Positions 50,244-61,349 of a DNA stretch of 64,000 nucleotides are shown here, in pieces. The DNA is from Mobula hypostoma (taxonomy: Eukaryota), in the NCBI RefSeq assembly GCF_963921235.1, contig NC_086097.1, positions 45,758,001 to 45,822,000 on the forward strand, written 5' to 3'. Made by a program: the position numbers and the translations under genes. Within the stretch, counting starts at the first letter, position 1; each line of letters starts with the position of its first letter. Below the pieces are notes generated by a model, which was given only the letters and a program-made list of their open reading frames with translations, did no database searches and had not been told where the DNA came from.

Positions 50244-50384
50244 ACATGAATTGATTATAAAGATATTCAGAAGATTTTCATGCTATAGATAGTAGACAGG
50301 AGTTTGGGAAGGTTTGCAGTACAGGAAAAAAGGCCAAGGGAATTTCTGGGAAATAACAAAACTAGCTAGAGCCTAACCATGTCT

Positions 50385-50492
50385 GATGTGGTCTCACAAA
50401 ACCTGGCATGGAGTGGATAAACTAACAGTCTGGAATCGGATGTGGTCTGACAAAACCTGGCATGGAGTGGATAAACTAACAGTCCGGAATCG
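50385..50492. repeat. 54-bp tandem duplication, two units
   Basis: GATGTGGTCT(C/G)ACAAAACCTGGCATGGAGTGGATAAACTAACAGTC(T/C)GGAATCG twice, with two differences. Confidence 0.95.
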
Positions 50493-50945
50493 GAATTGGT
50501 TTATTATTGTCACGCATACTGAGATATGGTGTAAAGCTGGTCTTGCATACTGTTTATACAGATCAATTCATTTCAATGCATTGAGGTAACAATGCAGAAT
50601 AAAGTGTACCAGCTACAGAGGAAAGTAGTGCAGGTATATGGTAAGGTGCAAGATCATAACGAGGTCGCCTGGGAGGTCAAGAATCCATCTTATTGTACGA
50701 GGGAACTACTCAGATACCTTATAACAGTAGGGTTGAAGCTGTCCGTGAGACTGGTGGTACATGCTCTCAGGTCTTTGTACCTTCTGCCCAAAAGAACAGG
50801 GGAGAAGAGAGAGCGTCCATGATAAGTGGGATCTTTGATTTTGCTGGCTGCCATATTGACAGATACCAGTTTGGGCAAGCTGGTTTCCATGATGTGTTCA
50901 GCTGCGTCCACAGCTCCCTGCAATTTCTTGCAGATCTGTTGGCTG
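50486..50945 (-). mobile_element. Rex1/Babar 3' fragment
   Basis: ORF 50690-50923 (IKDPTYHG.SLF...GRRY...DSFNPTVIR); tail GAATCGGAATTGG-TTTATT. Confidence 0.8.
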
Positions 50946-51544
50946 TATTAGAATCTGCATCTTTTGAACCTAAGTAGAGATGAAGGGGCATCACTGGAAC
51001 TGACCTGGGTGAGGGAAGGTAATGGTGACCGCACATTAACAATGCAGAGTAAGGTTAAGTTGAGTAGACTTTTAGTGGCAGTAATGCCAAGTATGTAAAC
51101 CGTGACAGCAGAAAGTTAAAAAGTAGAACAGGCATAAACTCTATATTTGGAATATGATTAGGCAATTAATACACCAGGATTCTCACTGTGCATGATTAAT
51201 TACCTTACTTTAAAAGTATAAAGGGGAGACCATAGAGAGTGGTTGCTCAGAAACTGTCGGAAATAAAGGTTGTTTAATTGTACAGTTCTCTTGGTTATTA
51301 TTACCCCCTTTTTGAAAACATTAGTCAGAGCTGGGAATGCTTTGGGATTGCTTATTTTGTAAAATATAACAAACAGTTTATCATCAGATATAGTCACATC
51401 CTGTTCTGCCGAGTATCCTGTTGCTAACCTACTCAATATGCCTACACCTATGTTAAGTGATGTGCACTGAAAAAAAATCTTCTCCATTATACACAGAACA
51501 GGATTCAATTCACTTTGTCTTCACTCAGTCTGTAGCTATTCCAC

Positions 51545-51740
51545 TTCCTAATTAAACATTTCACATTGTGACCTGCCAGCTTGTACTCTTGCCCCTCCCC
51601 CCCACCTTCCTCTTCCTTTCCAGTCCTGATGAAATGATTTAGCCTGAAATGTCAACTGCTTATTTCCCTCCATAGATGCTGCCTGACCTGCTGAGGTCCT
51701 CCAGCATTCTGTGTGTGTTACTCCGGGTTGGCAGCACCTG
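51545..51740 (+). repeat. Penelope 3' fragment with decayed hammerhead core
   Basis: AGTC-CTGATGA...GAAA-TGTC-AACT at 51622-51657, then CATAGATGCTGCCTGACCTGCTG. Confidence 0.85.
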
Positions 51741-52529
51741 AAAGTTTGCTAAATTGTCTCAACACTTAAAACAGGCTATGTTCTTATTTTCTCTGGATAT
51801 ATTCTGTTTATTTTTTTAATCAAATACCCCAGGTGGCATATTGGTGGATTGAAAGCAGCTCAAAAGTGAGTGTAGAGGATAGTAACAGTGATCCAGGTGA
51901 CCGAATGGAAACTGAGATCCTAAAGGCTGATCTGCAGCAGGATCCGAGCTCAGCCTTTAGATAACAATACAGCAGAACTCACAGGCACCGCACCACAGTT
52001 TTTCCTTGTACTTGTGAATGCTCTGCCACTGACAGCATTCACAAGTACACAATCTCGGTATCAATTGACATCTGATTTTTTTTTCCCCATTTCTGTTCTT
52101 CCATGTTGTTCTGTGCATGCTCTCACGTGCCTTTAGATGGAGTTATCCTGCCCTGAATGGGAACTCAAGGTAGAAAGAGGTGTCTGATTGAACGGGTTGC
52201 AGGCAGAGGCAGGGGCAGGGGCAGCTGCATTGAGATTTATTAGCACATTTAGTAGCATCATGAGTTCTAATGTTCCTTTCGTCTTGGAGTACATCCAGTG
52301 TGAAAGCAAAGGTCCAATTGCAGCATTTCCCCCGGGGTTAATAAATTACGACTATGACTATTTCATGTTGCTTTCCTTTGCTCTTTCCCAGTACCTTTAT
52401 TTTCAAAGTATGTATACATTGTACAACCTTGCCCCTTCTAGTAAGCCTTGTTATCATTGCACTGTTTTCCCATGCAAGGGAAAGGGAACGCCTTTCATTT
52501 TTCTGAATTTTCCTTACTCCAAAGGTTTC

Positions 52530-52785
52530 ACTTTATTTATAGATACAACATGGTAACAGGCCCTTCTGGCCCACCGAGCCCACACCGTCTAATCACACCC
52601 ATGTGACCAATTAACCCAGTAGCCCTGCGTCTTTGGAACGTGGGAGGAAACCAGAATACCTGGAGGAAATTCACGCAGTCACAGAGGAGAACATACAATA
52701 CCTAACGTACAGAGGCAGAATTGAACCTGGGTCTCAGGTGTGTAATAGTGTCACACTAACCGCTATGTTACCGTACAGCCCCACA
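52530..52785 (-). mobile_element. tRNA-derived V-SINE (HE1-like)
   Basis: Minus strand: GGTAACATAGCGGTT, GGTTCAATTC, V-domain TTTCCTCCAGGTATTCTGGTTTCCTCCCAC, tail GGGCCAGAAGGGCCTGTT. Confidence 0.82.
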
Positions 52786-53194
52786 TTTTTTTGTGTGTTT
52801 ATTTCTTTCTCTCTGGAGATCCTGATTTTATTTTGGCAGTGTGCATGGTTATTCAGTTTATGTTCTCATTGAATGTCTCTTACATTATAGCATAGGTTTT
52901 TGATTTTCTTACACCATGTCCTTCACTAAGAATACAAATTAAGTTTTTAAATACTTGTGCATCTGTCTTCCTCTTCTGCTTTCTGCTTATGCACTTTTTT
53001 TTGTGAAATTATGTCCAGCTTTCCCTTTTTCATTGTCTGAGTCAGACCAAAACAGATAGAAATTAGGATTATTCATTCTGTTAGTTTGGGCCATTAGCAA
53101 AAAGCTGCCCGTGGAACTTGTCAATACATGTGGGGAAAATCAATGCCATAGAATAGCAGAGCAGGCAGATCTTGGTTACAATCAGCACAATTTG

Positions 53195-53510
53195 TCTACA
53201 GCACCACCATCAGAGCCAATTGTAGAGCCTCACAGCCCTGGCAACCTGGGTACAACCCTGGCCTTTGTTGCTCCCTGTGCAGCATTTTCTTTTCATATTC
53301 TCCCTATGACTGTTTCTCCCAGATTCCAGATTAATCAACTCCTATAAATTGCCTTAAGTATGTCGGTGTATGTTAGAATCTGTGAGGAGTTGAGGGAAAC
53401 ATGTGGGGAGAATAAAATATTGGATTGGCGCAGGATCAATGAAAATGGCTGCTTGGTGTTTGATACGCAGTATACTCAGTGGGCTGAATAGCTTCCACGA
53501 GGTGTGACTC
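53195..53510 (+). repeat. Old V-SINE-like relic
   Basis: GCCTCACAGCCCTGGCAACCTGGGTACAACCCTG head and GGGCTGAATAGC tail. Confidence 0.55.
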
Positions 53511-53569
53511 TGAGCAATCATGATCTGGAATTCAACACCCCAGCCCACTCTAATTCTCACAAGTGGAAT

Positions 53570-54555
53570 ACTATCTGACAGGATAGACTTGCAACGCAGC
53601 AGGAGGTTATTCAGTTCAACATGTTCATATAATATTTCTATCAATTACTTTCAATCTGTGCTCTTTGCTTTTTGTCCCCTTGCTGAGAGAAATATGTCCT
53701 GCTCTCTTACTCTACCTGGGCCCATCATAATTTAATACGCTCAAACTAAGTTTCCCTCTGTCTCCTGTATAGTAAAGAGAGAAGCTCCAGTCTAGCAATC
53801 GTGGCTAAGATTTTCCAGACCCAGCAGAACCTCCATCGCACTCTCTCCAGTGGCGTCACATCTTTCTATGCTGACCAACGCTGAATGCAGTTCTCAAGCA
53901 GCAAACTAAGCAGTACTACATACAATTTCAGCACAACCTAGCAGCTCTTACTTTCAAAGCCCTGACTAATGAAGGATAGAATCCATCTGCCTTTTTATCC
54001 AGCTGAACTCTCTGTTCAGTTACCTTTAAAGATCAGTCAACATACACTCCAATGCCCCTCAATTCTTCCACACTTCTCAATATGCTTTAATTTATTGTAT
54101 ATTCCTTTCCTTGGAGCAGTTCTCCAAATGCTTTTCGTCATTCTTCTCTGGCTTATTTTTCATTTGTCATGTTTCTGCCCCGCTGACCATACCATCCATG
54201 CCCTCATGAAGTAGTTAGCTCCCCTATGCCCTGGTAATAGCCAATTTTTGTATGTTATTTGTCACCCATACTTTTCTACAGTTTATTCAAACTCATTAAT
54301 ATATGCAGAAAAAACAAGTAGTTGTACACTGAACTTTGGAGAACTCCACTGGTAACAGTAATAGAAACACTTGTCAGCCATTACCTTGTGCTTCCTACTA
54401 TTGAGCCAAATTTCAACCCAATTTATCCTTCTCTCTTGGATTCCATGAGCCCTTGCCTATTTGACAAGCCTGCCACATGGAACTTGGTCAAAAGCTTTGC
54501 TAAAATCTATGAAGATGTTCTCCCTCTGATAATCATTGTCTGTTCAAGTTAATTC
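53570..54555 (-). mobile_element. Very old CR1 RT-to-3' fragment
   Basis: ACCTTGGTCAAAAGC-like AACTTGGTCAAAAGCTTTGCTAAAATC (reverse of DFSKAFDQV) and downstream decayed motifs. Confidence 0.65.
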
Positions 54556-55802
54556 TCCAGAACTCAATGAACTTTTTCACACTGCTCCATTCCTTCCTGC
54601 GTAAGCTATATACTGGGTAAAATAGATCCACTGATTTCTGTCATCAGCTAGGTTTAAATAAGTTGTTTGTTGATTTCTTCTGGCTGTTGCTCTGATGCTG
54701 GGATTCTACAAAGGTTTGATGCTTACTGCAGTAAGTTCACATTGCAGAGGTGCTTGTAATCACTTCCACTGACTCTGCACAGCTTTTGTTCCCTGAAGAG
54801 AGCATATTAACAGGCATTCTCTTTTGGAATAATAGATGATCTGAAGGATAAAAAGAGGGAACATAAAACAGGATAAAGTGCTGGAAAGTGGAAAAATAAG
54901 GACAATAAATAGGCTTTTACGGGGAAACAATTCCTGTATCTGAAACTCTGTGAGGAGCACCATGTGAGAAGTCTTCTTGAGTAAGGCCATCCTTAGAGTG
55001 CAGCAATATTTACAATCACAGAGCTGCCAAAGGCATCTGTGCCAATTATGCAAGGCAAGCATTTCAAGGAACTCTGAGTTCTGCCTTTTGCAGATTAGAA
55101 ATGGAGAGACTTGCATCATATGAAACTCAATGTTCACCATTGCATACAGATCGTACCCTATCATATTTCTTTCCTTGAATGGAGCTGCAGACAGGGACAG
55201 TAGTTAGATTTCCGGAAGGTGCAGAGCACCATTGACTATAAACCATTCGGTGGGTACAGCATTTTATAAACTTACAAGAATTCGAATTAGGGGCAGGGAT
55301 AGGCTTCTTGGCCATTCAATACTGCTCTGATACTTAATTAAGTCAATGCTGATTTGATTGTTTCCTCAGCTCCACATTCCTGTAGTAAACTTTTATCTTT
55401 CTGCTTGTCAAGAATTTTTCCACCTCTACCTGAGAAAATATTCAAAGATTGTGCTTCCAGCTCACTTTGAGGAAGAGAGTTTCAATGACTCGTGCCTTTC
55501 TGAGGGGAAAAAAAATACCTCAACTCAATTTAAGCAATCCCTAATTTTGAAAGTAAGCTTTCGTTTTGTGGGTCTGCTTTTGAAATAATTGTTGGGGATG
55601 TTTGCACCACGGTTTAAGGATTTCAATGGTTAGCTTTGGGGAGTGTTGAAGAAAATAGGGTCTGAGGCTGGTAGATTGGTCAGTGGGATAAGGCATTTAA
55701 AAATGGAGTTGCTGATTTTGTCTTCTCAAATGAAGTAATTGAACTTTTGTGATGCTGTAATTAGATCCTTGACATTTGATTACATGAATATATGCTCAGG
55801 AG

Positions 55803-57596
55803 ATGAGAAGGATTTCCTGTGACTCCATGGATAAAAGACTTCTACTTATCAACACCCGCACTGTGTCTTTCGCGGATACCTCCTCTTATTTACCCCTCGA
55901 TCGTGACCCCACTAAGGAGCACCAGGCCATTGTCTCCCACACCATCACCGACTTTATCCGCTCAGGGGATCTCCCATCCACTGCTACCAACCTTATAGTT
56001 CCCACACCCCGCACTTCCCGTTTCTACCTCCTACCCAAGATCCACAAACCTGCCTGTCCTGGCCGACCTATTGTCTCAGTTTGCTCCTGCCCCACCGAAC
56101 TCGTTTCTGCATACCTCGACACTGTTTTATCACCCCTTGTTCAATCCCTTCCGACCTATGTTCGTGACACTTCTCACGCTCTTAAACTTTTCGATGATTT
56201 TAAGTTCCCTGGCCCCCACCGCTTTATTTTCAGCATGGATGTCCAGTCCTTATATACTTCCATCCCCCATCAGGAAGGTCTCAAAGCTCTACGCTTCTTT
56301 TTGGATTCCAGACCTAATCAGTTCCCCTCTACCACCACTCTGCTCCGTCTAGCGGAATTAGTCCTTACTCTTAATAATTTCTCCTTTTGCTCCTCCCATT
56401 TCCTCCAAACTAAAGGTGTAGCTATGGGCACCCGTATGGGTCCTAGCTATGCCTGCCTTTTTGTTGGGTTTGTGGAACAATCTATGTTCCGTGCCTATTC
56501 TGGTATCTGTCCCCCACTTTTCCTTCGCTACATCGACGACTGCTTTGGCGCTGCTTCCTGCACGCATGCAGAACTCGTTGACTTTATTAACTTTGCCTCC
56601 AACTTTCACCCTGCCCTCAAGTTTACCTGGTCCATTTCCGACACCCCCCTCCCCTTTCTAGATCTTTCTGTCTCTGTCTCTGGAGACAGCTTATCCACTG
56701 ATGTCTACTATAAGCCTACTGACTCTCACAGCTATCTGGACTATTCCTCTTCTCACCCTGTCTCTTGCAAAAACGCCATCCCCTTCTCGCAATTCCTCCG
56801 TCTCCGCCGCATCTGCTCTCAGGATGAGGCTTTTCATTCTAGGACGAGGGAGATGTCTTCATTTTTTAAAGAAAGGGGCTTCCCTTCCTCCACTATCAAC
56901 TCTGCTCTTAAACGCATCTCCCCCATTTCACGTACATCTGCTCTCACTCCATCCTCCCCCCACCCCACTAGGAATAGGGTTCCCCTGGTCCTCACCTACC
57001 ACCCCACCAGCCTCCGGGTCCAACATATTATTCTCCGTAACTTCTGCCACCTCCAACGGGATCCCACCACTAAGCACATCTTTCCCTCCCCCACTCTCTC
57101 TGCATTCCGCAGGGATCGCTCCCTACACAACTCCCTTGTCCATTTGTCCCCCCCATCCCTCCCCACTGATCTCCCTCCTGGCACTTATCCGTGTAAGCGG
57201 AACAAGTGCTACACATGCCCTTACACTTCCTCCGTTACCACCATTCAGGGTCCCAAACAGTCCTTCCAGGTGAGGCATCACTTCACCTGTGAGTCGACTG
57301 GGGTGATATACTGCGTCCGGTGCTCCCGATGTGGCCTTTTATATATTGGTGAGACCCGACGCAGACTGGGAGACCGCTTTGCTGAACATCTACGCTCTGT
57401 CCGCCAGAGAAAGCAGGATCTCCCAGTGGCCACACATTTTAATTCCACATCCCATTCCCATTCTGACATGTCTATCCACGGCCTCCTCTACTGTAAAGAT
57501 GAAGCCACACTCAGGTTGGAGGAACAACACCTTATATTCCGTCTGGGTAGCCTCCAACCTGATGGCATGAACATCGACTTCTCTAACTTCCGCTAA
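55803..57596 (+). CDS. Penelope-type reverse transcriptase / GIY-YIG endonuclease ORF (597 aa; first 23 codons come from flank and TSD)
   Basis: FYLLPKIHK...GRPIVS, MDVQSLYTSI, GVAMG...GPSYA, RYIDD, FLDL, CKRNKCYTC, GVIY-CVRCSRCGLL-YIGET. No stop or frameshift. Confidence 0.9.
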   Translation: MRRISCDSMDKRLLLINTRTVSFADTSSYLPLDRDPTKEHQAIVSHTITDFIRSGDLPSTATNLIVPTPRTSRFYLLPKIHKPACPGRPIVSVCSCPTELVSAYLDTVLSPLVQSLPTYVRDTSHALKLFDDFKFPGPHRFIFSMDVQSLYTSIPHQEGLKALRFFLDSRPNQFPSTTTLLRLAELVLTLNNFSFCSSHFLQTKGVAMGTRMGPSYACLFVGFVEQSMFRAYSGICPPLFLRYIDDCFGAASCTHAELVDFINFASNFHPALKFTWSISDTPLPFLDLSVSVSGDSLSTDVYYKPTDSHSYLDYSSSHPVSCKNAIPFSQFLRLRRICSQDEAFHSRTREMSSFFKERGFPSSTINSALKRISPISRTSALTPSSPHPTRNRVPLVLTYHPTSLRVQHIILRNFCHLQRDPTTKHIFPSPTLSAFRRDRSLHNSLVHLSPPSLPTDLPPGTYPCKRNKCYTCPYTSSVTTIQGPKQSFQVRHHFTCESTGVIYCVRCSRCGLLYIGETRRRLGDRFAEHLRSVRQRKQDLPVATHFNSTSHSHSDMSIHGLLYCKDEATLRLEEQHLIFRLGSLQPDGMNIDFSNFR

Positions 57597-58023
57597 GGCC
57601 CCACCTCCCCCTTGTACCCCATCTGTTACTCATTTTTATGCACACATTCTTTCTCTCACTCTCCTTTTTCTCCCTCTGTCCCTCTGAATATACCTCTTGC
57701 CCATCCTCTGGGTCACCCCCCCCCCCGTCTTTCTTCCCGGACCTCCTGTCCCATGATCCTCTCGTATTCCCTTTTGCCTATCACCTGTCCAGCTCTCGGC
57801 TCTATCCCTCCCCCTCCTGTCTTCTCCTATCATTTTGCATCTCCCCCTCCCCCTCCAGCTTTCAAATCCCTTACTCACTCTTCCTTCAGTTAGTCCTGAC
57901 GAAGGGTCTCGGCCTGAAACGTCGACTGCGCCTCTTCCTATAGATGCTGCTTGGCCTGCTGCATTCACCAGCAACTTTGATGTATGTTGCTTGAATTTCC
58001 AGCATCTGCAGAATTCCTGTTGT
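55872..58023 (+). mobile_element. Penelope-like element, 5'-truncated, young
   Basis: Perfect 11-bp TSD CTGTGTCTTTC at 55861-55871 and 58024-58034; open RT + GIY-YIG frame; 3' repeat with hammerhead motif. Confidence 0.96.
57892..57927 (+). ncRNA. Minimal type-I hammerhead ribozyme motif
   Basis: AGUC / CUGACGA / AGG...CCU / GAAA-CG-UC / GACU: intact core boxes, 4-bp stem I, palindromic ACGU in place of stem III; predicted cleavage after C57923. Confidence 0.8.
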
Positions 58024-58039
58024 CTGTGTCTTTCAGTGC

Positions 58040-59657
58040 TGTTTTTGGATTTGGATTTTCAGAAGGCCTTTGACAAGGTGCCACACATGAGGCTACTTAA
58101 CAAGATAAGAGCCCATGGAATTATGGGAAAGTTACATACGTGGATGGACAGTTGGTTGATTGGCAGGAACCAGAGAGTGGGAATAAAGGGATCCTATTCT
58201 GGTTGGCTGCCGGTTACCAGTGGAGTTCCACAGGGGTCCGTGTTGGGGCCGCTTCTTTTTACATTGTACATCAATGATTTGGATTATGGAATAGATGGCT
58301 TTGTGGCTAAGTTTACTGACGATATGAAGATAGGTGGAGGGGCCGGTAGTGCTGAGGAAACAGAGAGTCTGCAGAGAGACTTGGATATTGGAAGAATGGG
58401 CAAAGAAGTGGCAAATGAAATACAATATTGGAAAGTGTATGGTTATGCATTTTGGCAGAAGAAATAAACGGGCAGACTATTACTTAAATGGGGAGAGAAT
58501 TCAAAGTTCTGAGATGCAACGGGACTTGGGAGTCCTTGTACAGGATACCCTTAAGGTTAACCTCCAGGTTGAGTCGGTGGTGAAGAAGGCAAATGCAAAG
58601 TTGGCATTCATTTCTAGAGGAATAGAGTATAGGAGCAGGGATGTGATGTTGAGGCTCTATAAGGCGCGGGTGAGACCTCACTTGGAGTACTGTGGGCAGT
58701 TTTGGTCTCTTTATTTAAGAAAGGATATGCTGACGTTGGAGTGGGTACAGAGAAGATTCACTAGAATGATTCTGGGAATGAGAGGGTTAACATATGAGGA
58801 ACGTTTGTCCGCTTTTGGACTGTATTCCTTGGAGTTTAGAAGAATGAGGGAAGACCTCATAGAAACATTTCGAATGTTGAAAGGCATGGACAGAGTGGAT
58901 GTGGCAAAGTTATTTCCCATGGTGGGAGAGTCTAGTACAAGAGGGCATGACTTAAGGATTGAAGGGCACCCATTCAGAACAGAAATGCAAAGAAATTTTT
59001 TTAGTCAGAGATTAAGGGAGCTAGGGCTTTACTCTTTGGAGAGAAGGAGGCTGAGAGGAGAGATGGTAGAGGTGTACAATATAATAAGAGGAATAGATAG
59101 AGTGGATAGCCAGCGCCTCTTCCCCAGGGCACCACTGCTCAATACAAGAGGACATGGCTTTAAGGTAAGGGATGGGAAGTTCAAGGGGGATATTAGAGGA
59201 GGGTTTTTTACTCAGAGAGTGGTTTGTGTGCGGAATGCACTGCCTGAGTCAGTGGTGGAGGCAGATACACTAGTGAAGTTTAAGAGACTACCAGACAGGT
59301 ATATGGAGGAATTTAAGGTGAGGGCTTATATGGGAGGCAGTGTTTGAGGGTCGGCACAACATAGTGGGCCGAAGGGCCTGTACTGTGCTGTACTATTCTA
59401 TGCTCTATGTTCTATGTCAGAGGGTGGTGAATCTATGGAATTTGTTGCCACGGGCAGCAGTGGAGGCCAAGTCATTGGGTGTATTTAAGGCAGAGATTGA
59501 TGGGTATCTGAGTAGCCAGGGCATCAAAGGTTATGGTGAGAAGGTGGGGGAGTGGGACTAAATGGGAGAATGGATCAACTCATGATAAAATGGTGGAGCA
59601 GACTCAATGGGCCGAATGGCCGACTTCTGCTCCTTTGTCTTATGGTCTTATGTCTTA
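58040..59657 (+). mobile_element. CR1 LINE (RT to 3' UTR) with a nested CR1
   Basis: [33 protein letters not shown]; tail (TCTTATG)n. Confidence 0.93.
59011..59415 (+). mobile_element. CR1 3' fragment of another subfamily, nested in CR1
   Basis: TSD GTCAGAG at 59004-59010 and 59416-59422; own tail (TTCTATG)n. Confidence 0.92.
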
Positions 59658-60104
59658 TGGTTCACACTCCTGTGTTGTACTGTTCTTCAATATTTTCCAA
59701 ATCAGAATCTCTACTAGAATGATTGTGAGGACATACTGAAACACCCACCCCACCCCCTCCCCTAAGAGATTTAGACTAGATTTACTCAGTGTGGTTTCAC
59801 TTTAGTTGGAGCTGGTCAGTCACGGTCCTGGTTATCTAATGATATATTTACCCATCGACCAGGTATATTTATATTTTTCTTCATATCATTTTCCAAACTT
59901 GAATCTGAAGACCTCCATGCTTATGGACTGTATGCTATGAACAATGGCATGATTATCCCAAGATCAATTCACAGAGGCTTTCTATTTAAACATTACAGAA
60001 TATACTGAAACAAGATTTTGGTAAAATTTCATTGAAATGTAATCTGATACTTTTGAATGCTCCTGTCTATAGTAACAGACTGTCAGCTGGTTTGACCTCT
60101 GGAA

Positions 60105-60300
60105 ACCCAGGAAATGCTGAAAGTACTCAGCAGCAGAGGCAGCATCTGTGGAAAGAGAGACATTTCTGGTCTGAGACCCTTCAAGAGAACTGAGAAAGAG
60201 AGAAAGAAGTCAGTTTTAAGCTGCAAAGACGGGATGAATAGGACAAAGGGAAGATCTGTCATAGGTTGAGGTCAGGGTTGCTTCAGGGTTGCTGTGAGGA
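60105..60300 (-). repeat. Old Penelope 3' fragment
   Basis: AAATGCTG..AGTACTCAGCAG...GGCAGCATCTGTGGA...GAGACCCTTC. Confidence 0.7.
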
Positions 60301-60394
60301 TGAGTTGCTCAGGATCAGAGTCAGGTTTCCTATCTTGTCGTGAAATCTGTTGTTTTGTGGCAGCAGTACAGTTCAAAGTTCAAAGTGAATTGAT

Positions 60395-60560
60395 TATTTT
60401 ATTTAGTTTAGTGACACAGCAGAGTAAGTTTTTCCGGCCCCAGCAACCCACAACAAACCTGATTAATCCTAACCTAATCACAAGACAACTTTACAATGAC
60501 CAATTAATGTACCCAGTATATTGTTGGACTATGGGAGGAAACTGGAGTATCTGGGGCAAG
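60395..60560 (-). repeat. V-SINE 3' half
   Basis: TACAATGACCAATTAA...GGACTATGGGAGGAAAC, as at 23635-23690. Confidence 0.7.
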
Positions 60561-60659
60561 GAATTCGACTAAAAACATTACGATTAACACCTTTTCTGAA
60601 ATAGATTGTAGTAAATTATCACAGCAAACAATGAAGAGGTGAGCAAAGACAAAGGGTAT

Positions 60660-61345
60660 TCGCAGGGTGAACTGTGCTGGTATGTTACAGAATTGACGCA
60701 GATGGAGTGAACCATTCGGAGAGGAGAAAATGAGGCAGTGGAGCTTTGATGCTGTACAACTGGGCCGGATTCCTATGGGCACCAAGCTGATTTGCAGAAA
60801 TTGAGAGTGGCTTCGGGCTGCTTGGCGAAAATCTGAACACAGAGCGAGTTGCCGAGTTGTGTGTTCTAGGCCCGGAGCCTTTTGCTGCAGCAGTGCCCCA
60901 GTCCTAGTGCAAGCTGCAATACGCTGTCTGGACAATTTAAAGGATATACTGGAAAGATAGGGCATTGGGATCGGAGGCGAGAATTGATTTTGCTCACTTT
61001 CCTGTGATGTCCACTTCTCTCTCTGCATGGTACCTAGGCTATAAAGACTGCCCCCAGCTGCTGTGCTCCGTGCCCCCTAATACGATGGACTGATACCGAG
61101 GCTTGGGCCTACTCTGGGGTTTGGATGTACAGACTCATTTTGGTTCGGAATTTTTGTTTGGATCTATTGTTTGCATGATTTGTGCTTTTTTCCCCTTTCT
61201 CCGCTCATCAGGGGCTGGTCTTTATTTTATTTTTTTAATGAGTCCTTTCAGGTTTCTTGCTTTGTGGCTGCCTGTAAGCAAACAAATCTCAAGGTTGTAT
61301 AATTTATACATTCTTTGATAATAAATGTACGTTGAGATCTTTGAA
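60660..61345 (+). repeat. SINE-like element with a Rex-type tail
   Basis: GC-richer body followed by a tail shared with 17385-17670 (AATCTCAAGGTTGTAT...AATAAATGTAC). Confidence 0.5.
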
Positions 61346-61349
61346 ATGA

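Noticed and set aside
50385..50492. Direct repeats as a possible CRISPR array
   Set aside because: Two abutting units with no spacer, in eukaryotic DNA with no cas genes.
56071..57974. Several alternative-frame and antisense ORFs inside the Penelope element
   Set aside because: Shadows of a C-rich coding strand with few stops; no recognisable domains.
57835..58467. 210-aa ORF with an RT C-half and a novel N-terminus
   Set aside because: The N-terminus is the non-coding Penelope 3' repeat read through the TSD into an adjacent CR1 fragment.
60504..61028. 174-aa ORF
   Set aside because: Antisense to a SINE-like repeat; no domain similarity that I can see.
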